From the IMG/VR virus record IMGVR_UViG_3300042564_002372, positions 1-64,000 of that record: a stretch of 64,000 bases of DNA. One strand, written 5' to 3'. Positions 17,887 through 25,687 of this stretch are shown here, piece by piece. Origin of the DNA: a virus. Under the pieces are notes generated by a model that saw nothing but the letters and a program-made list of their open reading frames with translations, searched no databases and was not told the DNA's origin. The first letter of the stretch is position 1. The number at the start of each line of letters is the position of its first letter. The position numbers and the translations under genes are program-made.

Positions 17887-19221
17887 TTATCTACTAACTT
17901 CTTCCCAATCAATAGAAGCATACGCACCTTCGCCACCAGACGTTGTTGCTACAGCAATTTCTATTACAATCTCATAAGCAACCCCTGTTAATCCATTCCT
18001 TTCTAGTTGATTAGCAAAGAGTGCCTCTTTAAGTATGTTTATTGATGGAGATCCTTGATTTGATGAGTTAACAAAACCACTTGCTAGAATTCTTCCACCA
18101 GTCGCACTAGTTCCTGTAAGATTGTATTCTACAGCGGAGTTGACACCTGCATCAACCCATAATCCTCCAGTAGTTGTAGCACTTGCTACCACTCTCCATT
18201 GATAATTTTTACCATTACCTATTCCTAACAAAGAAATAGCCGTTACAATTACAATAGCATCTAATCTTGTAGATTTAAGTCTTACAGAAACAATTGGATA
18301 GTATGTACCAGCAACAGCAAAAGTTCTTGGCACAGTAATAGATGTTCCAGCAGATTGTTGTAATCCTCTAAGCTCATATCCTCCCTCAGAAATAACTGTA
18401 GAACAAATTTGCTTTAATGTACTAGCTCCAGATGTTACAGTGTTATTTCTGATCTCATAACGCAATGGTAAGGATGCAGTAGTGATGTATGTGCTAGCAA
18501 TAATGTTTGCGTGATTGAATGTGTGACAAACGATAAACTGTCCATTAATTATAAATCCAACACGTACAGATCCCACACCTAACCATTCCAAATCCATCCA
18601 AAGGATTTGTGCCTTTGTAAGATCTAGTGTAAGTCCAGAAGGTCCTGTACCATTTAGTTTGTCCCCATTCCAATTAGCTTGCAAAACTGCATTATCTACT
18701 AAAGATCCAGTAACAACACTTCTCTCTACAAAAGCTATTGCATTATCTGACTGTTCTAAATAAAATCCATTATCGCTTCCATAGTAACCAACACGTTGTC
18801 TAAGCCCAGTTTTAGCAGGGCTCATTACAAATGTGTTTAACACTAATAGTGATTTACCTGGTTGATAAGGAAATACTTTTATAGTTTCTCTTATAACTTC
18901 AGAGTCTAGGCTTGTTGTTACGTTCAAATCAACTAATCCTTGATCAACATTAAATACAGCACTTCCACCAACATTAGTTACAGTGGACCATAAATTATTA
19001 TCTGCATATCTGTGACTAGAATCAAAAAGTGTAAGAGGTTCAGACACTCTCTGTCTACCAAATGAATCGTATGTTGTAGCAGGAAGAACAACATTAGTTG
19101 GACTTGTTGATCCAGTAGTGCAACAATTAACTGCTCTGCTAACTTTCTCAAGATCATTCCATATCCCCCATAGGAGATTGGATTCTTGACTCCAACCAAT
19201 TTGTCTATTAGGTATGCCCAT
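17887..19221 (-). CDS. virion structural protein (beta-sandwich/lectin-like decoration or fibre)
   Basis: DSFGRQRVSEPLTLFDS, YQPGKS, WLGVGSVRVGF, LPLRYEI motifs of a common phage structural family. Confidence 0.65.
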   Translation of the reverse strand: MGIPNRQIGWSQESNLLWGIWNDLEKVSRAVNCCTTGSTSPTNVVLPATTYDSFGRQRVSEPLTLFDSSHRYADNNLWSTVTNVGGSAVFNVDQGLVDLNVTTSLDSEVIRETIKVFPYQPGKSLLVLNTFVMSPAKTGLRQRVGYYGSDNGFYLEQSDNAIAFVERSVVTGSLVDNAVLQANWNGDKLNGTGPSGLTLDLTKAQILWMDLEWLGVGSVRVGFIINGQFIVCHTFNHANIIASTYITTASLPLRYEIRNNTVTSGASTLKQICSTVISEGGYELRGLQQSAGTSITVPRTFAVAGTYYPIVSVRLKSTRLDAIVIVTAISLLGIGNGKNYQWRVVASATTTGGLWVDAGVNSAVEYNLTGTSATGGRILASGFVNSSNQGSPSINILKEALFANQLERNGLTGVAYEIVIEIAVATTSGGEGAYASIDWEEVSR

Positions 19222-19223
19222 TA

Positions 19224-19352
19224 TTATCTTCCTTGTCCTTTGTACTTACTAACCTTTTTACCCTTTGGTGTATTTAGATTCTTGGCTTTACCAAGTCTCT
19301 TTTTTCCAAAGGAGATTTTCTTTTCTGCTGTTGCAACTTTTGCCTTTGCCAT
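19224..19352 (-). CDS. small basic protein with C-terminal YKGQGR motif (not in ORF track)
   Basis: MAKAKVATAEKKISFGKKRLGKAKNLNTPKGKKVSKYKGQGR*. Confidence 0.75.
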   Translation of the reverse strand: MAKAKVATAEKKISFGKKRLGKAKNLNTPKGKKVSKYKGQGR

Positions 19353-19357
19353 AATTT

Positions 19358-19702
19358 TTAATTTTCAAGAGAGTCTATAACAACAGATTGAGAACTATCT
19401 ACACTCACTTTCTTTTTACCCCAGAAGTTTTTCTTCTCTGTAATGTAGATGGTGTCTCTAACTGTTATGGTTTTTACAACACTATTAGCTTTTACCAATT
19501 CTCTTTTTAAGGTTTCCACCCTCACCTCTATCCTTTCAATCAACTTGTCCACCTGCTTATCTGCTTTGGGCAGAACAACAAGGGCTTGTTTAGCAAGGCT
19601 ATCGCTCTTTACAAATATAGTATCAATTTGTTCAATGTCAACTACTTCTGTATTAGGACTTTCGCACCCAAGTAAAAATAAAACTATTAGAAATCTTTTC
19701 AT
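19358..19702 (-). CDS. lipoprotein, putative o-spanin
   Basis: MKRFLIVLFLLG-C lipobox, coiled coil, position in the lysis cassette. Confidence 0.6.
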   Translation of the reverse strand: MKRFLIVLFLLGCESPNTEVVDIEQIDTIFVKSDSLAKQALVVLPKADKQVDKLIERIEVRVETLKRELVKANSVVKTITVRDTIYITEKKNFWGKKKVSVDSSQSVVIDSLEN

Positions 19703-19989
19703 TTTATTTTACCTAGTTCTTGAAGCGTTGTGAGCTTTGAAAGTGATGCAGCCAATAGGCTGTCAGATCTCTTCAGATTCAATGTAATAACATCTATCTT
19801 GATTTCCAATGCTTCAATCTTTTTATCTTGTCCCTCAATTCGATTTTCATAATTGATCTTTCCATCAACATACAAATATCCAACAGCTGCTAGACAAATA
19901 AACATCAATCCTTTGATTGGTTCTTTTACAAATTCAGCAAAGCTGATAGGTAAAGCACTAAGCTTAATTTCTTTTTTATTCGTTGTCAT
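19699..19989 (-). CDS. putative i-spanin (TM plus coiled coil)
   Basis: GLMFICLAAVGYLYV TM then heptads; lysis cassette. Confidence 0.55.
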   Translation of the reverse strand: MTTNKKEIKLSALPISFAEFVKEPIKGLMFICLAAVGYLYVDGKINYENRIEGQDKKIEALEIKIDVITLNLKRSDSLLAASLSKLTTLQELGKIK

Positions 19990-20224
19990 TTCTTTTTGTT
20001 TTATTAATCCATTTATCTACAGAAGCTATGCCAAATGATCCTAGTACAATCACCATAAATCCATCAAATATAAATTCGTGGATTGGCATTTCTTTTCCCA
20101 TTACACCTGTTACAATATCTGTAGTTAGTGTAGCGATCATCATTATAAAAGCAATGAATCCCACTAGGGACTTTTCATTGATGCTGTTCTGATCGTTGAA
20201 TAAATCTTTGATGAACTGTTTCAT
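19976..20224 (-). CDS. putative holin
   Basis: 82 aa, two TM helices, charged C-terminus, adjacent to endolysin. Confidence 0.65.
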   Translation of the reverse strand: MKQFIKDLFNDQNSINEKSLVGFIAFIMMIATLTTDIVTGVMGKEMPIHEFIFDGFMVIVLGSFGIASVDKWINKTKRNDNE

Positions 20225-20814
20225 ACTAGTAGGCTATGATATTGCTTGAAATGTTTTAATCTATCTGCTAAACCAATTGTACCACCATTCACACACTTAG
20301 TTACAGCTGTAACTGTAGCATCACTAGCATCTACACATTTACCTAAGCAGTTTTTATGGAAGAACCAAGCTGCTGATAGAAGTGGATACTTAGTAGCCAC
20401 AAGGTCTGGATTAGCTATGATGTCATCCTCCACTACAGCATCAAATAATTTATAGTTGCTCTTGCCTGTCAATTGGATGTAACCTCTTCCACGAAATCTA
20501 AAGCCTTCACCAGAAGCTTCATCACCATTGCCCATCCTACTTCCATAAACTAGGTTAGCAATCTTCTCTGGCTTTCTTTCATATTCTTTAGCCTTAGCTT
20601 CTGTAGGAAAGTATTTTTTGAAAATTGATAATAGACCTTTAGCTCCATAGTTCAAGTTCTCAGTGACAGCCTTAAAGCTTGCAGATTCATGTCCAACTTG
20701 AGCCAAGAAATGAGCAAGTTTAACAGGAGTATTGATTCCAAATTTAGAGATGGTGTCAGGTAGTTGTGCTATCACAGCGTCAGGAACATGTCCTTTTAGT
20801 TTTTCAATATTCAT
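20221..20814 (-). CDS. GH19 (chitinase-like) endolysin
   Basis: AHFLAQVGHES, ENLNY, FRGRGYIQLTGKSNY, SAAWFF, VNGGTIGLADR. Confidence 0.93.
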   Translation of the reverse strand: MNIEKLKGHVPDAVIAQLPDTISKFGINTPVKLAHFLAQVGHESASFKAVTENLNYGAKGLLSIFKKYFPTEAKAKEYERKPEKIANLVYGSRMGNGDEASGEGFRFRGRGYIQLTGKSNYKLFDAVVEDDIIANPDLVATKYPLLSAAWFFHKNCLGKCVDASDATVTAVTKCVNGGTIGLADRLKHFKQYHSLLV

Positions 20815-20830
20815 TTATTTAATTTTAAGA

Positions 20831-21151
20831 TTAATTGATATTGGATAATAAGCCAGATACATATTGCAGAACTGCTGCTATAGCTATCACTATTCCAATT
20901 GTCCACGTAATTCTTCTTCTAAATTCTTCTTGCTTTTCTATTTTTTTCTCCATCAAAGTGATCTTCTCTTCTAACATTTCAATCTTATCCACAAATCCAC
21001 CAGACTTTGTTAGAGGATTGCCCAGAATCGCATCCACCACTTGCGTAAGTTTACCATCAATAGAAGACATTTTTTCTTCTAAATCATATAGACGCTGATC
21101 CATACTTTTTAATTCGTTGTTAATTTGCTGCTGATACGACTCAGTTGCCAT
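20831..21151 (-). CDS. coiled-coil protein with C-terminal TM (holin/antiholin-like)
   Basis: Heptad repeats plus ITWTIGIVIAIAAVLQYV; start moved to ATG 21151. Confidence 0.6.
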   Translation of the reverse strand: MATESYQQQINNELKSMDQRLYDLEEKMSSIDGKLTQVVDAILGNPLTKSGGFVDKIEMLEEKITLMEKKIEKQEEFRRRITWTIGIVIAIAAVLQYVSGLLSNIN

Positions 21152-21184
21152 GTTAGATTCATTTAAAATGGTTTGAAACAACAA

Positions 21185-21208
21185 AGCACACCCCTTGAGA
21201 GGTGTGCT
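21185..21208 (-). terminator. hairpin in the leader of the lysis operon (terminator/attenuator-like)
   Basis: AGCACACC-8nt-GGTGTGCT followed on the - strand by TTGTTGTTT. Confidence 0.5.
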
Positions 21209-21251
21209 GTGGAGTTTTTAGTTGGACGGGTTATTCAATTCTGGCGAATAG

Positions 21252-21262
21252 TAGTAAATTTA
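21252..21262. promoter_or_regulatory. conserved TAGTAAATTTA element in a divergent promoter region
   Basis: Identical to 10567-10577; both preceded by CGAAT. Confidence 0.5.
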
Positions 21263-21322
21263 GAACATGTATCGATAACTACCAAAAGTTCATATATTTA
21301 ATTCGTAAAAACCAATATTAAA

Positions 21323-21937
21323 GTGATAAATATAGAGAAGAGTAGAATTCAATTCTTCAAGGATATATTCACACAACTGCCTGAAGGAAAGGGAGTTGAG
21401 GTGGGTACCTTCAAGGGAGAGTTTTCTAAAGAACTGTTGACCATTTGGAATGGTACACTGTACATGGTGGATGTTTGGAGGCCACTAGGAGAAGACTACA
21501 TTGATGCTAGCAATCATGCTAACTTTGAGCATGGTGTATATGGTAATGCAATGGATAACATCAAGGGTTTTGAAGACAGAGCTATTATGATTAGAGCAAC
21601 ATCTGTAGTTGCTAGTGATGTTTTTCCAGACGAAAGTCTAGATTTTGTCTACATAGATGCCAACCATGCCTACGAATTTGTTAAAGAGGACATTGCTAAG
21701 TGGTGGCCCAAGGTGAAGAAAGGTGGATGGTTTTGTGGACACGACTTTTTAAAAATTGATTGGTGGACTGATGAAGCCTTTCACGATAATGGTTTTGACA
21801 AGCACATCTGGAGTGGAAGTCACTATCATGGATTGTTTGGAGTTAATCCAGCTGTAGAAGAGTTTTGTAAAGAAACAGGAAACAATGCTTATATTACAAA
21901 TGAATTTTTTGGAAGCTGGTTTGTAAGAAAGAAATAA
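21323..21937 (+). CDS. class I SAM-dependent methyltransferase (Methyltransf_24-like)
   Basis: GVEVGTFKGEFS, LDFVYIDANHAY, VKKGGWFCGHD, GVNPAVEEF; GTG start. Confidence 0.88.
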   Translation: MINIEKSRIQFFKDIFTQLPEGKGVEVGTFKGEFSKELLTIWNGTLYMVDVWRPLGEDYIDASNHANFEHGVYGNAMDNIKGFEDRAIMIRATSVVASDVFPDESLDFVYIDANHAYEFVKEDIAKWWPKVKKGGWFCGHDFLKIDWWTDEAFHDNGFDKHIWSGSHYHGLFGVNPAVEEFCKETGNNAYITNEFFGSWFVRKK

Positions 21938-21941
21938 CTAT

Positions 21942-24900
21942 ATGCATAATATGAGAAGAGCCTATGTTCTCTATGGAACAGAGGCGTATCTACCAACACT
22001 AGAGCAGTGTGCACTATCCATCACAGCAGTGAGTGATGTGCCAGTGTTGGTTTATTTACTAGGTGATAAATTCAATAGTGATTATTACATAGATAAGAAT
22101 GTCACTGTTATTCCCTGGCAAATAAATCTTTCTGAAAATGATCTATACAAAGATGATGGGAATGGAAACTTCTACATCAAGCGTGGGAAGAAGGACATTT
22201 ATAACATCCTTGTAGAACGCATAGCAATCATTGAAGATGCTTTATTGAATCATGCTGACACTGTTGTGTATGTAGATAGTGACTCTGTTGCTACAGAAAA
22301 CTTAGACAGAATATTCCACATGTATAATGGTGAGCCTTATGTGCTTGCTACAGATGGGATATATGAATGGATGTTCTATGAGGGTAGAGGTGCGTGTGAG
22401 ACAAGAGAAGACATGACAGGTACAACAGAATACAATGCTTGTCAACTGTTTAATGTAGATCAATCTATCAGAACCACATATAGAACCACAAACCTTTTTA
22501 TAGCTGGTCAACCAGCTCTACCATTCATTGCTGAATGGAAAACAATGTCCAAGCACCCAGAAATTCTAGATAACAGAGAGTTCTATGCTCCTTACCACGA
22601 GGAAACATTATTGAATGTTCTGTTGTGGAAATACAACTATGTTGATGGGCTGCCTTATTTGTACATGAATGGTTCTGTAGAAGAGACTAATGGTTTGTAC
22701 AATGAATACAAGTTTCTTGGCTGGACATATCATCTAAAGGAATGGCACAAGATTGCCAGTCATAAAGAAGATGTTCTTGTCATGCATGGAGAGAAGCGAG
22801 TTGACAAAATGAAAGAAATGCGTGAGGTTGTCAACCAGCATAACAAGTTTAGAATATTATATCTAGCCCCACATCTATCAACAGGTGGTATGCCATCAGT
22901 TCTTCTCAAGAGAATACAAGCTCTAGAAGGATTTGATGTTGAGATTATTGTTGTTGAATATTCTAATCACAGCGATGAATACGTTGTGCAAAAGAATGAA
23001 ATCAAAAAACTTGTCCACAAGATGTACACACTTGTGGATAACAAGATGGAATTGATGGACATCATCAAGAGACACAATGTACATCTTGTACACATAGAAG
23101 AGATGGTTGAGGATAGTGTTAACAACTTCCCCATCGATTTATTGAATAGTCTGTACGATAATGATAGAACTTGGAAGATTGTAGAGACTTGTCACAATGT
23201 TTATTTCAAACCTGACATAGAGAAGAAGTATCATCCTGATGGTTATGTATTCTGTACACCATATCATCTAGAGACATTTAAAAATATGCCTTCTAGGAAA
23301 TTTGTTCTTGAGTATCCAATAGAGAATAAAATTCCGTCAAAAGGAGAAAAGCTTTATGAAAAGGTGAAGCTTGGTATGAATCCAATGAAGACACATGTTC
23401 TCAATGTAGGACTTTGGACACCAGGAAAGAATCAAGGAGAAGGAGTAGAGATAGCCAGACAACTTCCTGATATAGAGTTTCACTTTGTAGGAAACCAAGC
23501 TATTAACTTCAAGCACTATTGGGAACCATTAATGCAAGATCTTCCAGCTAATGTTCATGTGTGGGGAGAGCGTAGTGATGTAGATAAGTTTATGATAGCC
23601 TGTGATGTGTTCATGTTTAATTCTACATGGGAATGTAATCCATTGGTTATTCGTCAAGCAGCTAGTCATGGATTGCCTATCCTTGCAAGAAGTCTTCCAC
23701 AGTATGTAGGAATGTTTGATGGTTGGATCACACCATTGAAAGAAGATGATGTATTGAATCAACTTCTATCGATCAAAGCACCAGAGAAGAGACCACTCAG
23801 TGAAGCACTATTCAACTTCAAGGTGAGTCAGATGTACATTTACAACACTGTGCTCACTAATGAAATCATGCTTCAGAAAATTAACATTGATGTCAACTTT
23901 GTAGGCCAACCATTTCTTGAAATCACTGGTAGATCAAACAAAAACTATCTAGTAAAGTTCTACGATGAGAATGATATATGTGTATATGAGAACACCATCA
24001 GATCAAACAATTGGATAAAGCTTGCCAGAAAATGGTTTACCAATTGGACAATAAAGGTGTGGGAGAATAACTATCCCATCTACCACTTTGAACTCAACTA
24101 CACAAACCAACGTGTCTACATTTCTTTTGAGAGCTCTTCATTAGGAGACACAATAGCTTGGATGCCTTATGCGCTTGAGTTCAAGAAGAAGCACAACTGT
24201 CATGTTATTGTCAGCACATTCAAGAACTTTCTTTTTGAAGATGTCTATCCAGAGCTTGAGTTTGTAGAACCAGGAACAGTAGTTAACAACATCAGGGGTA
24301 TGTACTCTATTGGTTGGTTTTACGACAGCACCAAAGAGCCTGTACTTCCTAACACTATACCACTTCAGAAAGCTGCTACAAACATCTTAGGACTAGACTA
24401 TGCAGAGATTAGACCAAGAATAGCTTACACACCTCGTGATGTATTTGATGGTAAGATTGTTACAATAGCCACCAACTCTACAGCTGGTTGTAAGTTCTGG
24501 ACACGAGAAGCATGGCAAGAGTTGATACACTATCTGCATGGAAAAAATTACATAGTGATCAATGTGTCTAAAGAAGATAATCCATTTGAGAATTGTGAAC
24601 CACTAGAAGATAAATCATTACAGAGCGCAATGGATGCTATAAGCCATAGCAATTTCTTCATAGGACTATCTAGTGGACTAAGCTGGTTAGCTTGGGCTAT
24701 GAACAAGCCTGTTGTGATGATTGCAAACTTCACAGAGGAGGGACATGAGTTTTCCTGCATACGTCCTGTTAAGAATAATGTATGTAGTGGTTGTTGGAAT
24801 AGTCCCAAGTATAAGTTTGATAAAACCTGGGACTGGTGTCCTGTTCATGCTGGAACTGACAGACAATATGAATGCCAGTCCAGCATAACAAGTGGGGATG

Positions 24901-24947
24901 TGATAGCCTTAATCGAAAGCAAGCAACATGAAAATTGGATAGGTTGA
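21942..24947 (+). CDS. tri-domain glycosyltransferase: GT-A (GT8-like) + GT4 + Aah/TibC-type protein O-heptosyltransferase domain
   Basis: YVDSD/EETLLNV; HLSTGGM, KNQ, DVFMFNS.WECNPL; SLGDTIAWMPY..FKKKHNC, FFIGLSSGLSWLAWA, CSGCW..WCPVH..RQYEC. Confidence 0.82.
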   Translation: MHNMRRAYVLYGTEAYLPTLEQCALSITAVSDVPVLVYLLGDKFNSDYYIDKNVTVIPWQINLSENDLYKDDGNGNFYIKRGKKDIYNILVERIAIIEDALLNHADTVVYVDSDSVATENLDRIFHMYNGEPYVLATDGIYEWMFYEGRGACETREDMTGTTEYNACQLFNVDQSIRTTYRTTNLFIAGQPALPFIAEWKTMSKHPEILDNREFYAPYHEETLLNVLLWKYNYVDGLPYLYMNGSVEETNGLYNEYKFLGWTYHLKEWHKIASHKEDVLVMHGEKRVDKMKEMREVVNQHNKFRILYLAPHLSTGGMPSVLLKRIQALEGFDVEIIVVEYSNHSDEYVVQKNEIKKLVHKMYTLVDNKMELMDIIKRHNVHLVHIEEMVEDSVNNFPIDLLNSLYDNDRTWKIVETCHNVYFKPDIEKKYHPDGYVFCTPYHLETFKNMPSRKFVLEYPIENKIPSKGEKLYEKVKLGMNPMKTHVLNVGLWTPGKNQGEGVEIARQLPDIEFHFVGNQAINFKHYWEPLMQDLPANVHVWGERSDVDKFMIACDVFMFNSTWECNPLVIRQAASHGLPILARSLPQYVGMFDGWITPLKEDDVLNQLLSIKAPEKRPLSEALFNFKVSQMYIYNTVLTNEIMLQKINIDVNFVGQPFLEITGRSNKNYLVKFYDENDICVYENTIRSNNWIKLARKWFTNWTIKVWENNYPIYHFELNYTNQRVYISFESSSLGDTIAWMPYALEFKKKHNCHVIVSTFKNFLFEDVYPELEFVEPGTVVNNIRGMYSIGWFYDSTKEPVLPNTIPLQKAATNILGLDYAEIRPRIAYTPRDVFDGKIVTIATNSTAGCKFWTREAWQELIHYLHGKNYIVINVSKEDNPFENCEPLEDKSLQSAMDAISHSNFFIGLSSGLSWLAWAMNKPVVMIANFTEEGHEFSCIRPVKNNVCSGCWNSPKYKFDKTWDWCPVHAGTDRQYECQSSITSGDVIALIESKQHENWIG

Positions 24948-25313
24948 TTCTGATTTAAAATCAAAGTCTTCGATTTTGAAATCTAGATCACCAGCATCCA
25001 CTTCTACGTTCATAAGCTGTGTTCTTTCTTTAATGAGTTTCTCAATTGCTGGATTAGGAGTGCCATCCTCAAGAGTGTTTTCAATAACAAGGTTGCCATC
25101 TTTCTCAACAGCACCAAGGCTAGTGAATAGTTCTTTCTCAGAATTAACAAACTGTTCTTTCTCTTCAGCAATCTTCTTCAATACACGCTGTAGAAGATAT
25201 TTAGTTTTGAAGCTAACATTTTCGTTAAGAAGTCCTACAATTGAGAACTCTTCTCTCTTACCTCCAGCAATTTCTAGCTCGAGGTCAAACATTTGAAATA
25301 GTTTGAATTTCAT
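24909..25313 (-). CDS. hypothetical protein (tail-fibre-associated by position)
   Basis: 134-aa ORF downstream of tail fibre genes, AAAACCAA leader. Confidence 0.65.
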   Translation of the reverse strand: MKFKLFQMFDLELEIAGGKREEFSIVGLLNENVSFKTKYLLQRVLKKIAEEKEQFVNSEKELFTSLGAVEKDGNLVIENTLEDGTPNPAIEKLIKERTQLMNVEVDAGDLDFKIEDFDFKSESTYPIFMLLAFD

Positions 25314-25335
25314 ATTATTGGTTTTTGGTTACTTA

Positions 25336-25686
25336 CTATGCAATAGTAGTTGTACTAGTGGTCGTTGTAGGTGCCCAAGGTAATGGTTCTTCTTTAATTT
25401 TCAAAGCATCAATTTGCTTCTGAATCTGAGCATCAACATGTTCTGCATAAGATCCAACAACGACAGCTTGAATCCATCCAAGTACAATCTCTTCTGTCAA
25501 CTGATCATAAGGAATAAAATTGTTTGGGTCAATTGAGCTAGGAGGGAATGGAGTTGCTCCAGAGAACACTCCTTTGTTACCTTGCTCATCAACTCCTGTT
25601 TTTGTCCAGTAAGTCTGGATAATTGCGTTTGGCTCATTAGGCAAGTCTATGCCCTTCATGCCTGTTACTGCCCATGTGTAAATCAT
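25336..25686 (-). CDS. tail-fibre-associated protein with Thr tail
   Basis: YTW.V, FIPYDQLTEEIVLGW, LPW then TTTTSTTT. Confidence 0.7.
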   Translation of the reverse strand: MIYTWAVTGMKGIDLPNEPNAIIQTYWTKTGVDEQGNKGVFSGATPFPPSSIDPNNFIPYDQLTEEIVLGWIQAVVVGSYAEHVDAQIQKQIDALKIKEEPLPWAPTTTTSTTTIA

Positions 25687-25687
25687 A

